DNA of 64,000 nucleotides from Octopus vulgaris (taxonomy: Eukaryota): assembly GCA_951406725.2 (NCBI GenBank), contig OX597826.1, forward strand, positions 52,390,001-52,454,000, read 5' to 3'. The notes below the pieces were generated by a model that was not told where the DNA came from, did no database searches, and saw nothing but the letters and a program-made list of their open reading frames with translations. Positions 1-12,559 of this stretch are shown piece by piece (position 1 is the first letter of the stretch; each line of letters begins with the position of its first letter). The translations under genes and the position numbers were made by a program.

Positions 1-871
1 ATCGGCGAGTAGTACCTCTGCATATATAGACATGTATACAGACACACATGCATGCACAGGTTACATATACGCACGCATATATTGAATCTCCCCTTAATAT
101 CTTCAAGTATATTTTATGCTGATTCGAACATGCATCTCTTGATTATTTTAGTCGATTGTTGAATCAATTTACTTGAATTCCCAACCAAAGAACAACTGAT
201 ACGTTCTATATGGATTGACATATTGAATCGCCTTCAGCAGTGACATATCTAGCAGTTCTTGTAGCCTGTAGTCTGTCAATGACTAAAAGTCTGACTCGAC
301 ACCAGCTCAGTGATGAAGCTTTGTAGTTGCTAGACACTTATGAAGTCAAGGCGACCTTGCAACCAGCAGTGTGACAGCGGCATAGCGCGTCAGCCAGACA
401 CTACAACCCAGTAACCCCAGTACCGCCTGCCAGCCATTTTAACATGTTTTCTGAACAGTCTCTCTTCCACAAAGTCGCATTCATTTAATATATAGTGCCT
501 ACATTTTGAAGCAGGGATTCGAAACCGAATCCCTATATCACTGGTCAGACATCATGACCGCTCAACGTGATCGGTCTATTCTCTCATTGACTGAATCTGT
601 TTTCTACATTTCATACATAATTAGACGCGCATATTATACATTCAAGCATACATAGATACAGACATACAAGCGTATATACATATATATATATATACATACA
701 TAGACACAACAAACATACGCGCGCGCATATATGTTTAGTCTGATGAAGGTGAGCGAGTCAAAACTTGAAAGTTTTTATCAACATTTTACTTATAATTTAG
801 TGAATATATACTCTACTAAAAAAGGTATTGAGTAAACCTTCGGTTTAATGTTTAATTTTTACTCATAAACA

Positions 872-2194
872 CAGGGTGCGCAAGATATTTGAGGACAGAT
901 TTATGTTGATAAAAAAAAACAGATATATAATAACAGATAATAACCTTATCAAAAATGCCATGAGGATAAAAATAAGCCTTCATTTCTATAATGTTGTTCA
1001 ATAAAGTCACCTTCAGCTTCAACAACTGCTTCTATATGAGATCTAAATTATCTAGATGCTCAAATCAAGTGGTCCTGGTTTATTCTGGACATTACTCTGA
1101 CTATGACAGGTTTCTTTTCTACACTAGACACAAGGCCCGAAATTTTGCGGGGAGGAGGGGACAGTCGATTAGATCAATCCCAGCACACAACTGGTACTTA
1201 TTTTATCGACCCCGAAAGGAAGAAAGTAAAGTCGAACTCGGCGGAATTTGAACTCAGAACGTAATGACTATGACAGCTTTCAAAGCATCTTTGGTGTTAT
1301 GGGCGTGGTCATTGACCTCTCTCTCTCTCTCTCTCTCTCTCAACAATCCTCCACATGTAATAGTCAAATGAATTGAGATCTGGGGAATTAGGAGATCAAA
1401 TGTTAGGGGTTATGTGATCACGAACATTTTCAGCCATCTATTGGTGTGTTACTAGAGCCATATGTGATAATGCAGTGTTATACTGAAACACATATGGCAT
1501 TCCATTGCATACACTGTCTATTCAGGGCTTAACAATTGTTTTCCGGGATCTCAGTATAGACGGCAGAGTTAACTCTAAGGCCTTGTGGAAAGAAGTTAAG
1601 AGGCGTCACATGTCCTTCATTGTTGACAACCCCTAAAACGATGATAGTTGCAGGAACTTTTTTATGTATAACACTTGGAAGTTGAGAAGGGTCTGCACAT
1701 AACCATCTGTCATTTCTTCCGTCAACTTTTTGATCATGGATGAAGTTATCATATAAGACTTATATCTGATGTCTTCATGAACAACATTTCTGACTGTTCC
1801 TTCTGACACATTGAGATCTTTTGCAATTGACCTCATGGTCTTTCTGGCATTGTAATCAATGGTCTGTTGAACTTGCTCAATAAATGCAAGTGTTCTGATG
1901 GTTTCAGAGGGTTTAGAATGATTTTTACGCTTTGATACTGGTGATACGTTTCCATCTTCAGTCTCTAACTCCTTACAAAATTTGCTGACGAAAGGTCTGG
2001 CAACTTTAAAAACCTACATAATTCTAAATCACTGTGCCCAGCCTTTATAACCACAATAACAGTATGCCTCTTCATTTCTTGAGTAAGCTGAAGGTCTGGC
2101 ATTATTATTTTCTGAAACAAAGATTATACAGAGTTAGCACAAAGTGCATCAATGACCTAAAAAAGGTATGTCCTCAAATTTCTTACGCATTCCG
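872..2194 (-). mobile_element. Decayed Tc1/mariner-superfamily DNA transposon (maT/DD37D-like) with imperfect TIRs and a nested SINE
   Basis: Left end cagggtgcgcaagatatttgaggaca matches the reverse complement of the right end tgtcctcaaatttcttacgcattccg. Minus-strand transposase remnants: HTH-like MRSIAKDLNVSEGTVRNVVHEDIRYKSY (1633-1836) and SPNSPDLNSFDYYMW (~1350-1395), with stops and deletions. Confidence 0.85.
1110..1264 (-). mobile_element. SINE family A (tRNA-derived), 5'-truncated, inserted in the mariner relic
   Basis: Matches the family A body (gttctgagttcaaattccgccgag...gtcgataaaataagtaccag...gtagaaaaga on the minus strand). Flanked by the direct repeat tgactatgacag (TSD). Confidence 0.85.
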
Positions 2195-3217
2195 TATATA
2201 TATATATATATACACATACATATTATATCTTGACATAAAGCAGACATATTTGAATGTATATATGTATGTGTATGGAATTTGTTATTTTAAAGGCAGCACT
2301 TAAATTCTGTTTAAGACTTGCGGAAACACTCAGGCCTGCTGCATGAAAAGCTAACAGTAAAGAGAACGCTGGAACAGTTGATGGTGTAGAAAAAGCAGCG
2401 ACATTTGGTTGGTATGTGGTCCCTGGGCTTTCGCCACTGAAGAAGTTGAGTATACTGAAATCACATGTTCTGGTACTTCCAGCACCCATACCAAACGATT
2501 CTCATCCGCCATGATATATGCTTGTGTTTTTATGCACCATGCGTCTATATGAGAGCACTTCTCAAGGCAAATACAACAGTATTCAGCCTTCTAACAAGGC
2601 ATCCACATAAAGTCGGATATAAAGATTAACTTAAATGAAGTTAGAAAAATAGCGTCGAAAGATTAGAGAATTTGCATTACTCTAATGATGGCACGTTTTA
2701 AAGGTAATCCTGTTCTGCTGTCGAAACATGCCAAACCTGACTGTCAGGCGAGATGCTCGCGGCAGTTAACAGAAGAACTATTGCCACAGTGGTTTATGTG
2801 TAAAATGGGAGGTAAGAGAGTGGGATAACGAGATAGGAAACGAGCCGTTTCCAACGGAACACGTTCGTTAATCAGTAAAGGAACATTGGAATTATTGATG
2901 CATATGCATGTGAAATTATATACATACACATAGAGATGCACACACACACACAGCTAATAGTGAGGGCTTATTAATCCAGACAATATACTTCATAACCCCT
3001 CTGTTGGCACATCAAGCTAACAATGTCATTTAGATTATTTAGATGTGAAGAACGCCAAGTATTCTAATGGCATGGTCCAAGGTGATGTTCCGTCACAATT
3101 CTATATTGTACATCCGTGGTTAGGATCCAAACAAACTTGTTTTTACGCAGACTGAGATATAAAAAAAAAGTTAGAAATAATGGTCATTACATATTTTTCC
3201 TTTATTGGAACGACTTT

Positions 3218-3266
3218 GGCTTACAGCTGTTTCCAGTAGTCATTTAATGCTACTTCTGTCAGAGCC
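3218..3266 (-). ncRNA. Type-I hammerhead ribozyme-like motif (one-nt insertion in core)
   Basis: Minus strand: ggct CTGACAGA agtag cattaaatga ctact g GAAA cagctg TA agcc. Helix I ggct/agcc, helix II agtag/ctact, palindromic helix III acagctgt, GUA site. Confidence 0.6.
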
Positions 3267-3452
3267 ATTTCTGGTTATCCAGAAAGTGGCATTAATTTTT
3301 TTAGGTCGTTCTATTTTTCTCAACTGATCAATAGAGCGTTTGAGTAAACTTATCAGTCATGTACCTATAATGACGACTGGGAACAGCTGCAAGAAGCCAA
3401 ATTTGCCCCAGTAAAGGAAAAATATGTAATGATTATTATTTTGAACTTGTTT

Positions 3453-3993
<541 letters not shown>

Positions 3994-4233
3994 ATATACA
4001 TGTCTGCAGAGAAATAGCTAAAATTTGCTCTGTTTATAATCATACCATATGTTACATATTTATTATATCATACCTTGATACTGTGTGGACTAAGATCCCC
4101 GTTGACAGGCCGCTGGTATTTATAGAGTGTTAAACACTTTCACTATGCAAATTAGGGATTCCTTGATAAACTAACTGCTGCATTTGTTGAGTATATATAC
4201 AGATCGGCTGCTTGTTTCTCTCGAGACTTTCAG

Positions 4234-4299
4234 AATGATGTAGACGCAACTGATGAGAACCTAATGAGGTTCGAAAATCAATTAAGATTGTTCATCATT
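4234..4299 (+). ncRNA. Degenerate hammerhead-like motif
   Basis: CTGATGA gaacct aatg aggttc GAAA with a perfect 6-bp helix II. Helix III (caat/attg) and helix I (aatgat/atcatt) are imperfect or displaced. Confidence 0.45.
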
Positions 4300-4889
4300 T
4301 TTTCAGTCCGCGGAGAAATAACTAAAAATCTCTGTTTAAAATTATACCACATGTTGTATATGTATTTATATATATGTATATATATATATAGTAAAGGAAT
4401 AAAGATAATAGTACTTGATCTCTCCATTAAAGTTCGCGATCGTAGTACTATATCATCAGTTAGTACATTGGTGTGTATAAATATAAACTTATGTACCTCT
4501 ATACGTTAATTAGTTAATGAAGTTATCACTACCAATCTCGTCAGACCTTTCAAATACTGATAAACTGTAAGAAAGTTATGTAATGCTATCATCTTCATTC
4601 GTTCGTAATTTGTTATCAAACTCTGTGATAATTGCACCAATTTGTTAATTGATAGATTCCCTTGTATTTAGCGTTTGTATAGAATATCATCCTGATTAAA
4701 TGAATAATTTTGCACCTTTGACATTTTGTTTGATTTATCGCTTGGAGTGCTGATGTAGGTATTCACCTGGATTTCCGTTATCTCTACTTTCTCAGCATTC
4801 ATAACACTCGACACTCGTCACATGAAACTATTAGTTATTCATAAAAATATATACAGTATTATTTATTAAACAATTTCTTACCAGATTAC

Positions 4890-5292
4890 TCTTTTTACTC
4901 TTTTACTAGTTTCAGTCATTTGACTGCGGCCATGCTGGAGCACCGCCTTTAATCGAGCAACTCGACCCCGGGACTTATTCTTTTGTAATCCCAGTACTTA
5001 TTCTATCGGTCTCTTTTGCCGAACCGCTAAGTAACGGGGACATAAACACACCAGCATCGGTTGTCAAGCAATGCTAGGGGGATAAACACAGACACACAAA
5101 CACACACACGCATATATACATATATACGACGGGGTTTTTTTCAGTTTCCGTGTACCAAATCCACTCACAAGGCTTTGGTCGGCCCGAGGCTATAGTAGAA
5201 GACACTTGCCCAAGGTGCCACGCAGTGGGACTGAACCCGGAACCATGTGGCTGGTAAAGAAGCTACTTACCACACAGTCACTTCTGCGCCTA
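4890..5292 (-). mobile_element. Full-length SINE family B (CORE-like)
   Basis: Minus strand: tRNA-like head (ggcgcagaagtgactgtgtggtaag...ggttcagtccc), CORE-like tggcaccttgggcaagtgtctt, central microsatellite, tail gactgaaactagtaaaagagtaaaa. Confidence 0.9.
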
Positions 5293-5727
5293 GATTGAGT
5301 AGTTTTTATGTTGATCTTACTTGCATAGAACAGTATACTCTATATATTGGGGCTATAGTTGAAGACACTTGCCCGAAGTGCCACGCTGTAGGGCTTAACA
5401 TAGAACTATGAGGTTACACACTTACACACAGATGTACACATACATACATACACACATGCATACATACATGCATGTGATTTGTGCTAATGTAAGAAATCCA
5501 ATTCTGCTGGCAAGCTGTAAACCTACCACATTATATTTATAATAATAAAAACGAATGAAATTTGTAGAATAACGACACGTGTTTCGTACGTTATTATTAT
5601 TATTTCTTTGCAATTTACTTAATCATTGACATTTTATTGTTATTTTAATTTTAATATTTCTATTATATGTAATTTTCTAGATGGTGTAATTTAATTGTTC
5701 ATTTTGAATAGATAAAAGGTCGTTTTT

Positions 5728-5768
<41 letters not shown>

Positions 5769-6903
5769 CTGTTATACTGTTCTCTTTAAGTCACTTAAAG
5801 TTAATTATTTTATCACTTTCTCGGGTGTCAATATTCAGTTGTTGTGTTGAACTATTGTTGATGTTGTTGGTAGTGATGATAATGGCCATGTTGCTGCTAA
5901 TGAGGATGATGATGGTGATGGTGGGGCAGCTACTATTGATTGTAGTATTACTGATGATGACGACGGTGATAGTGGTGATGACGGTGTTGCTGCTGTTGAC
6001 GATGACGGTAATAAGGGACGCGGAAGATGGGGGGTGGTTCATCGTCATTGTTGCTGCCAAGAGGGAAACGTTTGTTGTTTCTCCTTTTTGTTTCAGATCA
6101 GCTCCGGTTGAATTGATCCATGATGAAAATCAATCTGGACATAAAAGCCACTTTTTTTTAAAATTCACACAGAATATAAAACTATATTTCATTATTCAAT
6201 GTTTCTTTACATCTTCAAGTCTGTAGATAGTAACTTGAAGGACGTTTGACTTCCATTTTTCTCAGGCTGAGTGGCAACACAGAGGTTCTTGATGTATCTA
6301 TATTTCTGATTAAAGACACAGCACTGGACGTGGTGTAGACACGTAGAGCACCACAATCCTTCACACTAACAACACGGTTTCCACTTAACTGAGCGCTTAG
6401 TCCTTTAGCAAAGGCTAAACGGTAAAAATGTAATATTAGATGTATTTTCCGGCATCGTGTTGATTAGGCAGGAAGCATTTCAATGAGCAAAATAAATTTA
6501 CTACAAAGGTTACCTGTAAATGACCCAGACGCATGAACATATAGAAACACTTCCAAAAACATACATATTCATACAAATACTCAAACAAGCATATATATGT
6601 ACACGTGACACATATATTTATGGCCCACGCGTGTAATTTTTAAAGCTACCACACCCTATCGTTAATATTTCAATTTGCAAAGTCAGTCTTACATATAAGA
6701 AGAGGTAGACATAATAGACAGACATATAAATATAAATAATTGTGTTCAACTGAGAATGTGCATGGGTGTGAGAGAGTATGGGTGTGTGTGTGTGTGTGTG
6801 TAATCGTCTTTCAAATACACTAGCCGACACAGCTGTAATATGTATAAATCTATAAATATATATGTATAAATATATATATATATATATATGTATGTATATA
6901 TGC

Positions 6904-6934
<31 letters not shown>

Positions 6935-7669
6935 CTTTGAGAAAAGAAAATGCAAAAGTAGGTATATGAGTATAATTGACATATATTAGAATATAAAATG
7001 CTCCACTACTAATGCTATAGATAAGTAGAGTGTAAATTGATCTCTATTCTCATTTTTATTATAACTCCAGTAAATATACTACCTTTCTCCCCCTTGTATG
7101 GTTTATACCATGTTCTTTATACACATATTTTATCATTTAACTGATTGGAGGCGCATACTCAATATACAGGACTTGAATACATAATTGTATATCTTTAGCC
7201 AACGCTGACAATATTCGACTTTTAAATGGTTTTAATTTTGGTAATTAATTTCTAAAACGTCTGGAATCGAAACAGCTGTCAGAGATGTTGTCTAACTTTT
7301 TAATTGATACATATTTTCTCATCTTTAAATATATATAAACCACGGTTTATCTAGTTACCTTACAGTCGAATAATAATAGTAATAATCAACACTTTTTGAA
7401 TAGGTAACTAACCAGTAATTTAAATGGATTTTAATATCCTTTAATGAGGTTTGTAACCTTTATTTGAACTTTTACATGTGTGTGTGAGTGTGTATGTGTG
7501 TGTGTGTGTATGCGTGTGTGTGTATGTGTGTGTGTGTGTGTGTGTGTATGTGCAAGGTCAATGATCGGCCGGTACCAAAACAGCCATCCACCACCACTCA
7601 TAGCAGTCCAACAAACACACTGGCAGCAAACAACATGAATCTACCAGCTGCTACATAATTCAAACCAAG

Positions 7670-8058
7670 ACGGACGGACGTATCCTTTGGCTGTTGATAT
7701 GTGCATCTCTGATCACGAGCAGTAGTGGTGAAGCATCATAGCCATGTGTTGAGAAGAATTCTTTAGGGTTTGGATAATTCACCTTTGGAAACATGGGTGT
7801 TTTGTTCAAACCTTTAACCCTTATTCAGGGACCTTTGGAGCGGGGTGGGCTACTTGGCCCGAAGAAAATTTTAACTGGGTCCTACCTGCAATGTCATGCT
7901 GTTTATCTTGATATGAGATCACTATGTCGCGCACATATGGTTGCGATGTATGTGCCCAGTGTACCCTTATCAGACGAGTAATCATGATGGGTACACTGGG
8001 CTTCGTATATTTTACCCCAGTGTCACTTTGATGGCATGCACTGCCCTCTCTCTCTCAA
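7670..8058 (+). mobile_element. Probable 3' fragment of a non-LTR retroelement ending in an (AAT)/(AAC)n tail
   Basis: Higher-GC block ending ...gatggcatgcactgccctctctctctc directly into (aat)(aac)n(aat)n at 8057-8172. Family not identified. Confidence 0.4.
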
Positions 8059-8062
8059 TAAT

Positions 8063-8160
<98 letters not shown>

Positions 8161-8174
8161 TGATGATAATAATA

Positions 8175-8562
8175 TTTTCAAATTTTGCCACTAAGGCAGC
8201 TATTTTGGGGGAGGAGATTACATCGACTCCAGTTTTTCACTGATATTTGCTTTATCGACCCCATAACGATGAAAGGCAAATTCGACCTCGTGGAATTTGA
8301 ACTGAGAACGTAGCGACGTGAGAAATACCTATTTTTTTGCTACCCACAAGAGGCTACATACAGAGGGTACAAACAAGGACAGACAAACGGATTAACCCGA
8401 TTACATTGACCCCAGTGCGTAACTGGTATTTAATTTATCGTTCCCGAAAGGATGAAAGGCAAAGTCCACCTCGGCGGAATTTGAATTCAGAACGTAACGG
8501 CAGACGAAATACTGCTATGTATTTCGCCCGGCGTGCTAACGATTCTGCCAGCTCCCAGCCCT
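8175..8562 (-). mobile_element. SINE family A with duplicated internal module
   Basis: Two copies of gatgaaaggcaaa..c.acctcg.ggaatttgaa (~8268 and ~8451). Head ggctgggagctggcagaatcgttagcacgccgggcgaaa on the minus strand. Confidence 0.85.
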
Positions 8563-8578
8563 TAATAATAATAATACT

Positions 8579-8958
8579 AACAAGAGCACTCAGAGAGCGC
8601 AAACCTTCCCCAAAGCAGCACCAACGTCCTCGCAATGATTAGATAGAGGTGAGTTTTAAAATGGGAATATCTGAAATAAACTGGACTGCTCTCACAAACG
8701 AGAATACTAAAAATGAACCTAACCGTTCTCAACAATTAAGTAAAAAAAAACAAAAAAAAACAGGAAAAATAATCCAGAATGCTTGTCTGGTTTCGGACCG
8801 AACCCCGAATGTAGTCAGTTTGTGCCAATTACGAAGCCAAACATCCCTGAAAGTTTCGTTGGAATCCATCCAGCAGTTCTTGAGATATCTTGTCCACGGA
8901 CAAACAAACAAACACAACTGAAAAGACAATCCCCGCTTTAGCGAAGGCGGGCGTAATT
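8579..8958 (+). mobile_element. DINE-1/HINE-like (Helentron-associated) non-autonomous element
   Basis: Starts aacaagagcactcagagagcgcaaacc. Has a short gacaaacaaacaaac simple repeat and a 3' hairpin cccgcttt agcg aaggcggg near the end, in AT-rich flanks. Confidence 0.5.
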
Positions 8959-9506
8959 ATGATACTGCACTAAAGACTTGAAAATCTAATATCGTGAAAT
9001 TTATCTTACATTAGAGAGATCATCAGATTAATTATTTAAAATGACTAGAATTTTTATTTCTTGAATCTTCATTTGTTAAATAATTAGTAGAATAATTATG
9101 ACATTGATAAATTACTTAGCATTATTACTTCGTAATTTACTAGTAATGCAATTATACTGTAAGCGACAACTGTCTTTTATTACAATGTCACTAGCTGACC
9201 ACGTGCCGTCAATACTGACGGCTAATTGTAGTACTTTATATATAAATAAGGTATATAATAATCACATATATAAACATTCAAATACTTCCCTTGCACACAC
9301 ACACACACACACACACATACACATACACACATATACTCGCACTAAGTTGTAACAATGATTTTTTTCACCCCTTTCTTCTTTATTCATATATCACCCCTTC
9401 CTTTCTCTCATTCCCTCTCAGTCAGGGCTATTACTCTCACTAATTCTCCTTCACTGAATTACTATTTTCTCTACTCCTCCGCGTCTGGCGTGATTCTGGA
9501 CAACAA

Positions 9507-9558
9507 TATATACACACACACATACATACATACATACATACATACATACATACATACA

Positions 9559-9649
<91 letters not shown>

Positions 9650-9660
9650 TATATATATAT

Positions 9661-9722
<62 letters not shown>

Positions 9723-9730
9723 AATATATA
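9507..9730. repeat. Compound (TACA)n(TA)n microsatellite
   Basis: Directly visible. Confidence 0.95.
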
Positions 9731-10105
9731 AAAACACTACGCTCATTATTATATAAGGAGATTAATGTTTCATTACTAAGCATTAGACTTGAAATGGAAG
9801 CTAGTTTCACTCTTAGACATTGCTTATGGTAAGGCACGTTCGCTAACGCTTCTCCATCTAATTATTTATTATTATTGAATATAATTTATTGTAATACTAC
9901 ATGCTGTTGTGTAAATATATAATCATTTGAATCTGTCTCTGCGTACGGTCATTATAAAATGCCACTAGCAGTATCTATGTCTTCCTGTGCATTACGATGT
10001 TTTTCGGTTATCCATTTTCGGTCATAAATCCAGAAGTGAGAACAGATTTTTTAAGGAAGCCATTTTGAGGCACATGACATTTTAGAATATTCCTAATATT
10101 CACAA

Positions 10106-10430
10106 GTGAGGGCGCGTGGCTTAGTGGTTAGGGCATTCGGCTCATGATCGTAAGGTTGTGAGTTCGATTCTCGGCGACGCGTTGCGTCTTTTGAGCAAGA
10201 CGCTTTATATCGCGTTGCTCCAGTCCACTCAGCTGGCAAGAATGAGTAGTACTTGTATTTCAAAGGGTCAGCCTTGTTACTCTCTGTGTCACGCTGATTA
10301 TCCCCGAAAACTACGTTAAGGGTACACGTGTCTGTGGAATGCTCAGCCATTTGCACGTTAATTTCACGAGCAAGCTGTTCCGTTGATCGTATCAGCTGGG
10401 ACCCTCGTCGTCGTAACCGGCGGAGTCTTT
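10106..10430 (+). mobile_element. Full-length SINE family C (tRNA head)
   Basis: A box tggcttagtggt, B box gagttcgattct, then ttgagcaagacgcttt. 12-bp TSD taatattcacaa at 10094-10105 and 10431-10442. Confidence 0.9.
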
Positions 10431-10653
10431 TAATATTCACAATATACGAAAAGTGTTCTTTTCAACGATGAAAGAAAATCATGGTTTCTTTAGCTAAATC
10501 AAATTTATGAAATCAAATAACTAGACTAAACAATCTGTTGAGCATTATATTGACAGCCTGGAAGTCATTCTGTAAATTGGGAACTGAATTGAACAATATC
10601 AAGTGCCATGACTAAAATTTCATTCTTCAGAAATTGCTTGAAGCCCGCTTCTA

Positions 10654-10860
<207 letters not shown>

Positions 10861-10903
10861 TACAGGTTATTAGGGTAAGCCCCAGTTGTTTCCTCTTGAA
10901 GCG

Positions 10904-10995
10904 TTGTAGAAGACACTTGCCCAAGGTGCCACGTAGTGGAACTCAACCCTGAACCATGTGGTCAGTAAGCAAGCTACTTACCACAAAGCCACTCC
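10904..10995 (-). mobile_element. SINE family B 5' fragment
   Basis: agaagacacttgcccaaggtgccacg...gaaccatgtgg...cttaccac. Confidence 0.8.
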
Positions 10996-12056
10996 AATGC
11001 CTTTTTGATTTTGCGTGTCTGACGCACGATGCAGGTTTTCAAACTGCTGATATTCGAGTGTGAAACATTGGTCCTTGCTTGAAGTACGACCCATAGAACG
11101 TAATAAAGAGGTTTGAGATCTGGGCTATTCCTGGACCAGACGTTGGCCCTTAGAAAAAATAGCACCTTCTCACCAAGGAAGGCTTGTGTTGCTTTTGACC
11201 CATGGCATGATGCAGAATTCTGGATAAGCACCACATTGTCAAGCCCAAACTTCTGCTCAATCCAAGGTAACAGAAAGTTCTCCAGATTCTTCTTTGTGCC
11301 AATCTTCAAGCCAAACTCAATGAAGTGTGGGTTCATGACACTTCTATCACTCACCACGGCTCCAAATACCATCACAGAGGCAGGATTCTTTGTCTCAAAC
11401 AACGGAGAAGTCAGAAGGTTTGTATGCAATCACTCGAGAATTTCTGCGATTCAGCTCAGCATCCACAGTGAACTTCTCATACACAAACACGGATATTTTT
11501 CCTGCAACTTAATGTTTGATGAATGACAGAAACTTTGGGCACTTCTCGGCTCTGACTGCTTTGGCCTTGGCTGTTAGGAAGCGACAGCGTCGTCTAACAT
11601 AGCTAGTGATGCCAAGGTTCCTGTTCACAGCCCTGGACTACCGTGGAAAAGATACATTGCTTTTCTTTGCAAGAGTTGTCATGGATGTAGATGGGGTTGA
11701 CTTCAATCGCGCGTTTGAGGCCAGCGAGAATCTTTGGATTGCATTTGTAATCACTTCGAGTCTTGTGTTGTTTTCTATCAATCATAACCTCTTCTTTAAA
11801 TTGTTTCCACACACGATAATATGTTGCTTCTGGAAGTTTCATCAGCTTAACAATTAATTTTTTTGTTTACAATGGTGAAACGATTCTGTTGTTCCATGAC
11901 TTTCTGTTGTCGAATCAGTTTGCTGTTTACCCGAAAAATAAATACGATGATTAGATTTTCAAGCAAACAAGGTTTGTCAAAAAAAAAAAAAATGATATGT
12001 TAAACCCACTTATTCAATTGCTTAAAATTGGTCTCAGTTTATCTGCAACACACTGA
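10996..12056 (-). pseudogene. Decayed mariner-like (maT/DD37D) transposase and 5' end of its element
   Basis: ORF remnants KNPASVMVFGAVVSD...LLPWIE...VLIQNSASCHGSK...WSRNSPDLKPLYY (10974-11429) and an N-terminal HTH region (11603-11842). Terminus cagtgtgttgcagataaactgagacc at 12056. Confidence 0.85.
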
Positions 12057-12559
12057 AGAGCTAGTTGTTTAAATGTTTGATAGTGGTTTTGTCTTCTTTA
12101 TCGGGTGTTTCACTAGGCGCTTCAACAATTTTAAAGATGGTGTTCAACATGTCCAAGTGCAATTTACTTGTGCATAAGAACAGATTAGCACATCTTCTCC
12201 CGTTCTATTTGATCTGCTCTTCAAAGCTACGGCAATTAGATTATTGGTGAGTCCTTTTTTGTAATGATCCACACCCGTAGAAATAATTACATCTTGGCAC
12301 TTTTCCAATTTCTTGATATCTTGACTGTATCACGTATCTCTTTCGTGGAAAGTGTCTTTGCGTGCATTTGGTTTGTGAATACAGAAAGGAGTGAGTAAAA
12401 TGATAATGGCATATGATTGAAGAGAAGTGTAATACCAAGAGAGGCGAGCAAACGAGGAAGGGAGAACAAGCGGAGGGGAGAGAGAAGAAAAATGGAGGAA
12501 GAAAGTAGAGTGAGAGGAGGTGAATAGTAGAAAGCTAATGGATATCCTATGGCGATAGA

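Noticed and set aside
2284-2620. GC-richer block that might be an exon or transposase tail
   Set aside because: No recognisable motif, stops in the + frames and no convincing splice pair.
5791-6226. Hydrophobic ORFs that look like membrane proteins (also 26673, 27741)
   Set aside because: Cryptic (GAT/GTT/GCA) simple repeats.
10106-10180. tRNA-like sequences (also 32372, 49013, 62330)
   Set aside because: They are SINE heads: they continue into repeated SINE bodies, some with TSDs, and lack a complete cloverleaf.
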